Assembly (NCBI GenBank): GCA_051362555.1
Contig: CM120649.1
Coordinates: forward strand, 1,054,001 to 1,118,000
Source of the DNA: Lingula anatina
Taxonomy: Eukaryota > Animalia > Brachiopoda
Length of the DNA: 64,000 nt
Reading direction: 5' to 3'
This document shows, one piece after another, positions 28,301 to 40,300 of the stretch. The notes below the pieces were generated by a model. That model searched no databases. It was not told the origin of the DNA and saw only the letters and a program-made list of their open reading frames with translations. The position numbers and the translations under genes were made by a program. Positions within the stretch are counted from its first letter, which is position 1; every line of letters starts with the position of its first letter.

Positions 28301-31300
28301 TATGTTTAATATCTTCAAAAAAATTACCAAATAATCTTTAATTGAATGTTTTATAAATGGCAAAAGTGCTATTGTCCAAAATATTAAAGCAGATGAAATT
28401 CCAAAAAACGTTGAATCCACTAAAGAAGTTCTGTTTTAATTTAATTAATTACTTTGGACATGCTTAAATTAAAAGGTAAAAGTAGTTTCGAATCCAACAA
28501 AAAACGGTATTAAAAAGTTGCAAATTTCTTAATCTATTTGCTATTATGTATTTTAAGAATTATCTAATGGGTAGCTGGTAATACATTTTAAAATTTTCTA
28601 TTGCCACGAATAAAATGACTGAATCTCACCTACTATAACCACTAAATTTTATGAGGCAAAAACAACAATTTGGCACTTTGAGTGACACCCACTTTTAAAT
28701 ATCTTATACACCTGCATCACCAACCAAGCACCTCTCAAACTGAATCAGCTGTATCATTAATGTTCTCAAAAATACAAACTTAAAAAAATAGAAAATGGAA
28801 TAATTTGATTCTAATAGTGTGAAGAAATAAAACTGGAGAATAAAACTAGAGGATCAGAGAGGCGATACCGCCTCCGAATATTGTACCACCAGCTGGAGCA
28901 AGCGCATTCGTATAGACCCCCACATACACAAAATAAGGGACACAGCCACCAGTTTTGTGCTTGACAAGCTGTAAAAATGCAATCAACAAGAATTTTTAAA
29001 CTATTGCAAAAAATATATATGGTACAATCAAATTTAAGTTCTTCATAAGGTAGGTCAAGGGTCAATTTCAAGGTCACAGTAAATTGCCAGTATATGACTT
29101 CCTATTCAAGTTCAAGAGTAACTATGGACCTATCTCTGTCAAGTTTGAAGTTAAAAGAGAAAGAAATTAGCAGAGTTCAGTTCATGATAAAAAGTAAGTC
29201 AAAGGTCAATTTCAAGGTCACACTTAGATTGCCAGTATAGGACTTCCTATTCAACTTCAATAGTAACTATGGACCTATCTCAGCCAGTTTTGGAGATAAA
29301 AGGGAAGCAAAATTTGCAAAGTTCAGTTCATGGTGAAAAGTAGGTCAAAGGTCAATTTCAAGGTCACATATAGATTGCCAGTATATGACTTCCCATTCAA
29401 GTTCAATAGTAACTATGGACCTATCTCAGCCAGTTTTGGAGATAAAAGGGAAGCAAAATTTGCAAAATTCAGTTCATGGTGAAAAGTAGGTCAAAGGTCA
29501 ATTTCAAGGTCACATTTAGATTGCCAGTATATGACTTCCTATTCAAGTTCAATAGTAACTACGGACCTATCTCTGCCAGTTTTGGAGATAAAAGGGAAGC
29601 AAAATTTGCAAAGTTCAGTTTATGGTGAAAAGTAGGTCAAAGGTCAATTTTGAGGTCACATTTAGATTGCCAGTATATGACTTCCTATTCAAGTTCAATA
29701 GTAACTACGGACCTATCTCAGCCAGTTTTGGAGATAAAAGGAAAGCAAAATTTGCAAAATTCAGTTCATGGTGTAAAGTAGGTCAAAGGTCAATTTTAAG
29801 GTCACATTTAGATTGCCAGTATATGACTTCCTTTTCAAGTTCAATAGTAACTATGGACCTATCTCTGCCAGTTTTGGAGAAAAAAGGGAAGAAAAGTTTG
29901 CAAAGTTCAGTTCATGGTGAAAAGTAGGTCAAAGGTCAATTTCAAGGTCACATTTAGATTGCCAGTATATGACTTCCTATTCAAGTTCAATAGTAACTAT
30001 GGACCTATCTCTGCCAGTTTTGGAGATAAAAGGGAAGCAAAATTTGCAAAGTTCAGTTCATGGTGAAAAGTAGGTCAAAGGTCAATTTTAAGGTCACATT
30101 TAGATTGCCAGTATATGACTTCCTATTCAACTTCAATAGTAACTATGGACCTATCTCAGCCAGTTTTGGAGATAAAAGGAAAGCAAAATTTGCAAAATTC
30201 AGTTCATGGTGTAAAGTAGGTCAAAGGTCAATTTTAAGGTCACATTTAGATTGCCAGTATATGACTTCCTATTCAAGTTCAATAGTAACTATGGACCTAT
30301 CTCTGCCAGTTTTGGAGATAAAAGGGAAGCAAAATTTGCAAAGTTCAGTTCATAGTGAAAAGTAGGTCAAAGGTCAATTTTAAGGTCACATTTAGATTGC
30401 CAGTATATGACTTCCTATTCAACTTCAATAGTAACTATGGACCTATCTCTGTCAAGTTTGAAGTTAAAAGAGAAAGAAATTAGCAGAGTTCAGTTCATGA
30501 TAAAAAGTAAGTCAAAGGTCAATTTCAAGGTCACACTTAGATTGCCAGTATAGGACTTCCTATTCAACTTCAATAGTAACTATGGACCTATCTCAGCCAG
30601 TTTTGGAGATAAAAGGGAAGCAAAATTTGCAAAGTTCAGTTCATGGTGAAAAGTAGGTCAAAGGTCAATTTCAAGGTCACATATAGATTGCCAGTATATG
30701 ACTTCCCATTCAAGTTCAATAGTAACTATGGACCTATCTCAGCCAGTTTTGGAGATAAAAGGGAAGCAAAATTTGCAAAATTCAGTTCATGGTGAAAAGT
30801 AGGTCAAAGGTCAATTTCAAGGTCACATTTAGATTGCCAGTATATGACTTCCTATTCAAGTTCAATAGTAACTACGGACCTATCTCTGCCAGTTTTGGAG
30901 ATAAAAGGGAAGCAAAATTTGCAAAGTTCAGTTTATGGTGAAAAGTAGGTCAAAGGTCAATTTTGAGGTCACATTTAGATTGCCAGTATATGACTTCCTA
31001 TTCAAGTTCAATAGTAACTACGGACCTATCTCAGCCAGTTTTGGAGATAAAAGGAAAGCAAAATTTGCAAAATTCAGTTCATGGTGTAAAGTAGGTCAAA
31101 GGTCAATTTTAAGGTCACATTTAGATTGCCAGTATATGACTTCCTTTTCAAGTTCAATAGTAACTATGGACCTATCTCTGCCAGTTTTGGAGAAAAAAGG
31201 GAAGAAAAGTTTGCAAAGTTCAGTTCATGGTGAAAAGTAGGTCAAAGGTCAATTTCAAGGTCACATTTAGATTGCCAGTATATGACTTCCTATTCAAGTT

Positions 31301-34300
31301 CAATAGTAACTATGGACCTATCTCTGCCAGTTTTGGAGATAAAAGGGAAGCAAAATTTGCAAAGTTCAGTTCATGGTGAAAAGTAGGTCAAAGGTCAATT
31401 TTAAGGTCACATTTAGATTGCCAGTATATGACTTCCTATTCAACTTCAATAGTAACTATGGACCTATCTCAGCCAGTTTTGGAGATAAAAGGAAAGCAAA
31501 ATTTGCAAAATTCAGTTCATGGTGTAAAGTAGGTCAAAGGTCAATTTTAAGGTCACATTTAGATTGCCAGTATATGACTTCCTATTCAAGTTCAATAGTA
31601 ACTATGGACCTATCTCTGCCAGTTTTGGAGATAAAAGGGAAGCAAAATTTGCAAAGTTCAGTTCATAGTGAAAAGTAGGTCAAAGGTCAATTTTAAGGTC
31701 ACATTTAGATTGCCAGTATATGACTTCCTATTCAACTTCAATAGTAACTATGGACCTATCTCTGCCAGTTTTGGAGATAAAAGGGAAGCAAATTTTGCAA
31801 AGTTCAGTTTATGGTGAAAAGTAGGTCAAAGGTCAATTTTAAGGTCACATTTAGATTGCCAGTATATGACTTCCTATTCAACTTCAATAGTAACTACGGA
31901 CCTATCTCAGCCAGTTTTGGAGATAAAAGGAAAGCAAAATTTGCAAAATTCAGTTCATGGTGAAAAGTAGGTCAAAGGTCAATTTTAATGTCACATATAG
32001 ATTGCCATTATATGACTTCCTATTCAAGTTCAATAGTAACTATGGACCTATCTCTGCCAGTTTTGGAGATAAAAAGGAAGAAAAATTTGCAAAGTTCAGT
32101 TCATGGTGAAAAGTAGGTCAAAGGTCAATTTCAAGGTCATAGTAAGATTGCCAGTATATGACTTCCTATTCAACTTCAATAGTAACTATGGACCTATCTC
32201 TGCCAGTTTTGGAGATATAAGGGACTAAATGTTATAATTTTGGAGTTACCATAATGTGCCTTAAATTTCGTACAGAAAAAATTAATTAAAATAAAGAAAA
32301 TGTCATTTTGGTCAAAATTCTTGAAATAGGAGGTGCTCTGAAGTTTCAGAAGTTCAAATTTGATGAAATAATGTCATTTTTGAACACAAGTTGTCTGCTT
32401 TGCCAAGCCTTATGTTTTATTTTTCCAGAGTTCAAAATTTATTATCCATTACCGTACTGCACATTTTGCTTTTACCACCAATATGTGCTTTTTGATACAG
32501 CGTAACTCGAAAACCGTATGGAATACAAAAAAACCGAGACCACCTTCAGTGTTGGGCTTTACATGCTCTACAAAATGCAAAAAAGAATGGGTTTCTAGCA
32601 TTAACGGTTCCCGAATTAGAGACAGTTTTCAGTTTCGGTATCTCATGGCTGCTACTCCCGTGAAAATGCACCGATTGACCCCAAATTCATGGAGATGAAA
32701 GATGACCTGAAGGGTAACACTTTCCAATAATATTATTGGTTAAGTCTGTGTGGTGTCTGAATAACAGGGCAAAAAATTTTTTTTTCGTAAAAAATTTCAT
32801 TTTTTTGAAAATTTTGGCCCATTTGACCTTGAGGTAAAGGTCAAAGGTCAAATCCAAGGGTATATTTGAAATCTACACATATGACTTTTGGAAAGTCGTC
32901 TATAGAAATTTTTCCCATAACCCCTTCCGTAGGGTAGATAATTAGCATTTAATTTTGCCATTTTTAGACAAGGGTGCATTGCAATGAGTGCCACACCCAG
33001 ACCCCAATACCGACAAAGCCCAAATTTTACGTGGAACGAGTTGAGATTATAGGTGACCTAAATCCATGAGATGGGTACGGGGGCCCTTACCGTCTAGGAG
33101 GAGAAGCGGTAACGGTAGCCATCCGGCGGAGCCAACGGAGCCGGCGGAACGATCCGGACGGGACCGAAACCATGTGTACCGCCAGCGCTAACGCTGGTGG
33201 TACAATTAATTTTGGTACTGCATTACAGACAAGGGGCTTCACAGAACCGAAAAAAATATTCTTAATGCACTACAAATTTATGTCAAGCACCATATACCTG
33301 AAGCCTAAATTGCATCATTACAAAAATGTTTTTGCACTGTTCTTTCCAAACATCTCTTTTATAACCATGCACCTAAAAACTCGGAACTTAACATAGAATA
33401 AAACCAAACTTTCTGCATGACACATTTGAAAAGCTGTCTTAAGTTTTCAGTTCTATGAAAACAAAGTTTTGATATCCGCAATGCGTGTTTCTCTTCGTTG
33501 CTCTGCTGTCTGCTTCTTCCCAAACGCTCCCTGCATCAATTTGCGTTTCTTCTCCTGCAGCTCCAACATGCGCTCTTCCACTGAATCCTTCACAACATAC
33601 TGAAATGTACGAATCAAACAAATTCTGAGACTCCATACTGGTAAGGATCTGTTGTAACAAATCTACTTTGGCTGCAGTTCAGACATTTCTTTACACTTAT
33701 TCACCAAAATTATTAAATCCATGGTGTAATCTCAACTCTATAAGATTAAGAAAATATTCAGTAATTATTTTTACAATATAAAATTTTGTTACATGGCAGT
33801 ACACTGGGAACACGTGGCCTTATGTCCCACGCGGGACGAAGAGCAATGATGATGATGACACTGGGAACACACATATTTCCATATTTTGTCACCCCTTTCT
33901 ACTATTAAGCACTTTCTCCAATTTCACACTGCCTTTCTATACTCTAAGAGGAATATAGCTCTGTTATTCAACAGACTAAGTGGAGTGGAATTCATACCAC
34001 TCCAAGTCCTTCCTCAGGAATTACACATTGTCAATGTCACCTAGCTCTGTGTCATTCTTGAGAATATTGACAGATGACATAGCCCTATCCCTGCGTAAAC
34101 TTGGTTGTAACTGGCTGTGGATGCAATCAGAACACGAGACCAACAGATCCATGGATCAAAGTGGCAGACCCACTTGAATGCTTGGCAAATAATCCCCATG
34201 AGAAATCTATTCAGTGTCTATTAGGAAATTATAGGGCAAGTGTTTAAGTGAGTCAGCCATACTTGATCTGCTGAGATCTGTTGATCACTGTTGTGAATGT

Positions 34301-37300
34301 GGCCCATTATCTTACCTTTGTGATGACGACGTCCTTGGTTTGTCCAAGACGGTGACATCTGTCAAAACATTGCTCCTCGGATGCTGGGTTCCAGGCCTGT
34401 GGAGAAATAAATAAATAAATAAATAAATAAATAAATAGATAAGAGGGTAGGCTACTGTAAAATAACCAACTTTTTAAACCTTTGTGACAGAATCACTCCA
34501 CGTCACACAGGTTTTATTATACTCCACAGAGCTAAATTATTCTGCTGAAAAAGTCTACTTGTACCATTGCAAGTGAATAATATACTGCTTGGATGTTGTA
34601 AACAAATCTTTGGCTAATATGTTTTGAACTGTTGCTGGCTACAAACACTACAGAAAATATTAACACAAGCCATATTTAAGTGTTCATTAGATGTACAGCT
34701 AATGGTAAATAGCAAAAATGTTTAAAAACTAATAACGAATAAATAATTTTTTGTGGCAAGTACTGGCCTCCTGTTTCTGTTAAAATCTGAATTTCAGAAA
34801 AAAAATAGCATTTAGTCTTAAGGAGAAGGAAGTAAAAAAAAAAAAAAACTTACCGGATCCATCAAGAAAACCCTGGAGGCAGCAGTAAGGTTAAGCCCCA
34901 TACCTCCAGCCTTCAGTGAGAGGAGGAATATTGTAGGGGCACGGGGGTCAAGGTCAGAGAACTGCTCAATGGCCTGTGTTCTCTTCGCAGCTGTCATGGT
35001 GCCATCGAGACGAGCAAACTTGAACCCAGCAGCTCTGTGGGGGAATAGTGAAATTTCTTTATGTAATTACAGTGTTTGTAAATTATAATCCTACTGGGCC
35101 CTAAGGGCAACAGGGACTGAGAATCTACTGGTCCAAAGGAAAAGTGGTTACAAACTGAACAAATTTGGAGCAAAGGCAGTATTACCCTTATTGTACATTG
35201 CATTATACAGTTGAAACAAATGACAAACAAATAGACAATATTTGTCCGATAAATTATAATAATTTTAATAAGATAAAGAAAAGTAAACATTTAACTTTGG
35301 CCCCACCCAACTTACTTGAGTGGAGTCTCTAGTACAGTGAGGAAGGAAGTGAACTGTGATACAACAATACTCTTAATGGTTGGGTCATCCTTCCTCTGCT
35401 GAATCAGGGCCTTCATCAAGGCATCCACCTATCCCTGTGTACACCTATCCCTGTGAATACCTATCCCTGTGTACACCTATCCCTGTGTACACCTATCCCT
35501 GTGTATACCTATCCCTGTGTACACCTATCCCTGTGTACACCTATCCCTGCATAGACCTATCCCTGTGTACACCTATCCCTGTGTACACCTATCCCTGTGT
35601 ACACCTATCCCTGTATACATCTATCCCTGTGTATACCTATCCCTGTGTACACCTATCCCTGTGTACATCTATCCCTGTGTATACCTATCCCTGTGTACAC
35701 CTATCTCTGTGTGTACCTATCCCTGTGTACACCTATCCCTGTGTACACCTATCCCTGTGTACACCTGATTGTAACTGTCTGTGGACGCATTCAGAACAGG
35801 GAACCAACAGAATTTCTATTACAATTAAGACCATGTAAGATCATAAGTGATATGAAATTACAGATTTAGACCATTTCAGGTACATTAGTCAGAGGCTGAC
35901 CCTGAGCTATTTTCTGACAGTCTGCCAAATTATCTTTGTTGATTCACCCTCTAATTTTGACCGTCTTCCAACATGAAAAATTGGATACCCGTCAATGAAA
36001 ACTTTTAAACCTGTCTTCGGGAAGACCCAGAAGACGGCTTAAATCCGCCCCTGTTAGTAAACATCCATGACAGCACACCTAGAGATGGTGTGAGTTAATG
36101 TTGTGTTTACAGTTTAAGTCCCTGTTTTTTTTTCTAAAAAGTTTTTTTTTTAATAATCTCTTAAGAGATTATAACAGAGTATAGCCATCTATGGAGATCA
36201 CGTGGTCTGACAAGCTCAGGTATCAGAATAATAGCTACAACTGCCGTTTTTGTGGTAAAACAGAAAATATTATATTTCTATGAGTGGTTTACAATGTTTT
36301 TTTTTTTTTTTTTTGAAACACAGATCTCACACGAAGAGTTATTATCCCTGTAATATTGCAAACAAGGCAGCAAAGCTCTCAAATATATAGACACAAGGCA
36401 GTAAATAATTATAATAGTGAACAATATTTTTTTTCTGTTTTGTTTGATGCAATTTTACATAATGCTCAACAGCAAAATCACCCACAATTTTTTATTGTGT
36501 AGTACTGGTAACAGAATATGCAACCAGGACTTAAGGAAATATGAGGAAATATGTGTGTGTGTGTGTGTGTGTTGGGGGGGGGGGGGGGGATAACTGCTTG
36601 GCCACTTTTCTAGAAATCAGTCCAATACTAGTAATAGTATTACTCCTCCAGGGTAAGATCAATTTTGATCTTAAAAGCAGAATAAGTCCATGTTAAGACC
36701 ATTTCTATTACAATTAAGGCCATGTAAGATCATTTGTGATCAGAAGTTACAAATTTAGACCATTTCTGGCATACTAGTGAACAACCATGACAGCACACCT
36801 AGAGATGGTGTGAGTTGTGTTTACAGTTCAAGTAGAGACTTCACAAGATAAAGAGCAAGTCCCACCATACCTGTGTCTTCACTGCGAGATATCTACACTG
36901 TAGTTACAGCTCTCACTGAATTCATCAACCTGAACTGACTACCTACTCCAGAGCCTAACATCTTCCCTGTGAAAATAAAACTAAACACATTCTTAATTCA
37001 TAATACATAGTAAAATGCAAAAACAAACTGCTGTGGGCTCAGACGAGATGGCAACTGGGCCACTGATAAGATAATCGTTATAACTCTGCTGAACACCCGT
37101 TCATAGTCCATTCTCTCCCACCAGTTTACTGCTGAAAAGAGATAACTGCTCTACATAGAACAGTTCGCTACATGCCCCTAAGATGGCTACAGCTCGCAAT
37201 GACAGAGATGAAGAAGAAAGCCTACGAGCCAAAATAACTGAAAATTTTGTCAGCTGTCCATTATGCCTTGAGGAGTACAAAGATCCAACAGATTTACCAT

Positions 37301-40300
37301 ATAGGCATACATTTTGTAAGTGTTGTCTGAAGACTTATATTTCAAACTCAACACCAGGAAGTAAATTCCGGTGTCCTGTGTGTCGGAAAGAGACTGAAGT
37401 TCCTAAAGATGGACTTGAGGGCTTCATTCACAATTTCTACATTGAAAGTTTGCAGGACACTGTACTTCAGTCAACACATAAGAAAAAGTGCAGATCTTGT
37501 GTTTTGTTGTCCCAAACTGAAACAGTGGCTACTTCAAAATGCATCACCTGCCATGACTACCTATGTGAGAAGTGTTCTTCATTTCACTGTGCTACCACCC
37601 TTACTAAAGATCACAGGGTACTCACTTTTCAACAACTTCACAGCAGTGAGTATCAAAAAGAAATCCAAGAGCAGCAGAAGATTATCTGCCCAGAGCACAA
37701 AGGTGAGATGATACGATACTTTTGTTCAGACTGCAATGTCCCCATTTGTCGTGACTGCAGAGATCTACACCATGATGGTCACAAACTTATCTCCCTTGAA
37801 AAAGCTGCAGAGATGGTAAAGCCACAACTTCAAGTCAAATTCTGTGGTATGGAGAAAAAAATTGAAACAGGTGAGAAAACAATAGCTAAAATTGATGAAA
37901 TATTGGCAACCTTCCAAGAAAATGAAAGCTTTGTTCAGCAGAAGATCAAAACTCGTGCAGCTCATCTACGTCAACTGGTAGATCAACGAGAGAAAATCTT
38001 ACTACAGGAGCTTCATCAAACCACCAGCACTCATAGAAATAATTTACAAATTTCCCACAAAAACTGCAGTGCCACTTGCTCCTCTATCAAAACCACAACA
38101 GATGTAGTAAAGAACATTCTTCAACATGGTGCCCCCATAGATGTCCTCATGTTACAACATCAACTTGGACAGAAACTAGATGAGCTACAGTCCACTTCAG
38201 CTGTGGATGATATTCCAGAGGAACTAAATCTCACACTCACCACCAACACAGAAGTGGACCAAGAGATATCCAGTGGGGCTGGCCTGGGGAATGTGCAGAT
38301 ATCTACACTACCAGCTTTGCCCAAGATGAAACCACAGGCTGTATGTATACTAGAGTTTGACACTGGCTGTTGGGTGCCAGGGGACATTTCAGTGAGTCCA
38401 AACAGGGAGTATGTTACTACACATGGTTGGAAGAACAAGATCAAGGTTTGTAGTTCAGATGGTACATCAAGGCAAGAGATCAGAAGTGTCTCACACACAC
38501 AGTTGAAATATCCAGCAGGGATCTGTCACTTCCCTGATGGAAGGATGGTTCTTTCTGATAGAGACAATAACAAACTGTTCATCCTGTCACCACAGTGGGA
38601 AGTACACCAAACTGTAGATGTCAACAACCCATGTGGTGTGGCTCTCAATAACAACTGCACTAAGATTGCTGTGGCACAGGGTAGCAGAGAGAAGTCTGTG
38701 AGTGTGTTCAGTATTGATATCAAAGGGGAAATAACTTTAACTGATGTGATAAAGAACAAAGATGGCAAGCAGTTGTTCAATTATCCATATAAAGTGGCAT
38801 ATATGAGCAACGGGTGTCTTGTTGTTAGTGATGAAACTCCAAACAAACTTCACATCCTAACCCCATCTGGTGACCCACTGTATCAGTACACAGGACCTGA
38901 TAACAAGTTAGGTGAACCTCGTGATGTTTGTGTTGATGCATATGACAACATACTGGTTACAGACCGTGATAACCACTGCATACACCTTGTATCCCCAGAT
39001 GGGAAGTTCATCCAGTACATAGCAACCAGAGCTGATGGACTAGCTAATCCACTGGGATGTACCATCAACCAGGATAGAGATGTGGTTGTGACTCAAGGGA
39101 ATGGGAAAGTGAAAGTATTCCAATACTTAGAAAAATGACATCCTTTACAATGATAAGAGACTGAACAATATGTACTTTTCTGACATATCTCAATGATGTA
39201 GTATACAAGATGACAAAGCATCCAAATGTAAAGATACAAAGCAAACAAGACAGCAAAGCTGTCAAATGTACTGACAAAAAGCAGAAAAGAATAATGGACA
39301 GAATAGGATATGGTCCATTCTGGTGCAATAATATGTTACACTTAACTGTAAAATCAACATCATAATTTAATTATGCCCAACGGATAATACCAATTAAAGA
39401 ATAAGCATGGGTTGTTTCCCTGGTACTTATTAATGAATAGATTTTCTTTTATTTCCCTTTCTGTTTGGGTTGAATAGATAAAAGCATTGGTAAAAGTAAC
39501 AATTAAACACTCATTGTTAAAGACGTCACATTTAAGCCTTTATGACATCACCTAGTAACAAATAAACAAAACCCCCTGAAGAAAGAAAGAAACCGGTCGG
39601 GGCAAGAAAGTTGAAAGAAAGTTTATTATATATATATATATATATATAGTAAATTTTAATTAGTTATTTGTCTATGCCATATTGTTTGTTTAAATGTCAT
39701 GTTAAAGAATTATATAGATTAAGTATTTTTTAAGAACTTTTATACGTTTGTTACACTACTAAACAATGTTTACAAATGTAGTTAATTATAAATTTATTGT
39801 TAAGAACTTAATGAACTAATTAATGTAATAACTAGCACGTTCTTATAATTTATCTATATATCTTTGCATGCATCTTGATCTGTATGTCTATACATATAAA
39901 TTCTATTATTTTTTGTTTGTTTGCAACAGGAATCATAAAAAATGTTAATGAAATGGGAAGTAAGTATTATTATAGTAACTATCCTTGGTCAATAACATAA
40001 TATATATTAAAGGGTTTAATTTAACATTATCAACTTAAAATGCTTAAGTTTTACTAATAAAATGAGAAGAGTCTAACTGATAGTTTTATTGTATGATAGG
40101 GATATATAGGTAAACAAATTATAAACATCTGTTTTAGTAAAATATATTTTGTTGCTTCATACAACATATAAATGATTATTTGTGCCTAATTTTTGACTGA
40201 ATGGCAATTTATATATGTATGCTTAAACATATTAAATGGATTCATAAATTTGTACTTTAAAATAAGGTAATGATTACAAGATGGATGTAATCACATTTGA

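Noticed and set aside
29622-31678. Four 101-aa ORFs ([10 protein letters not shown]..)
   Set aside because: Translations of the 146-bp satellite; no domain.
35380-35869. Cys/Tyr/Pro-rich ORFs
   Set aside because: Translations of the 16-bp minisatellite.
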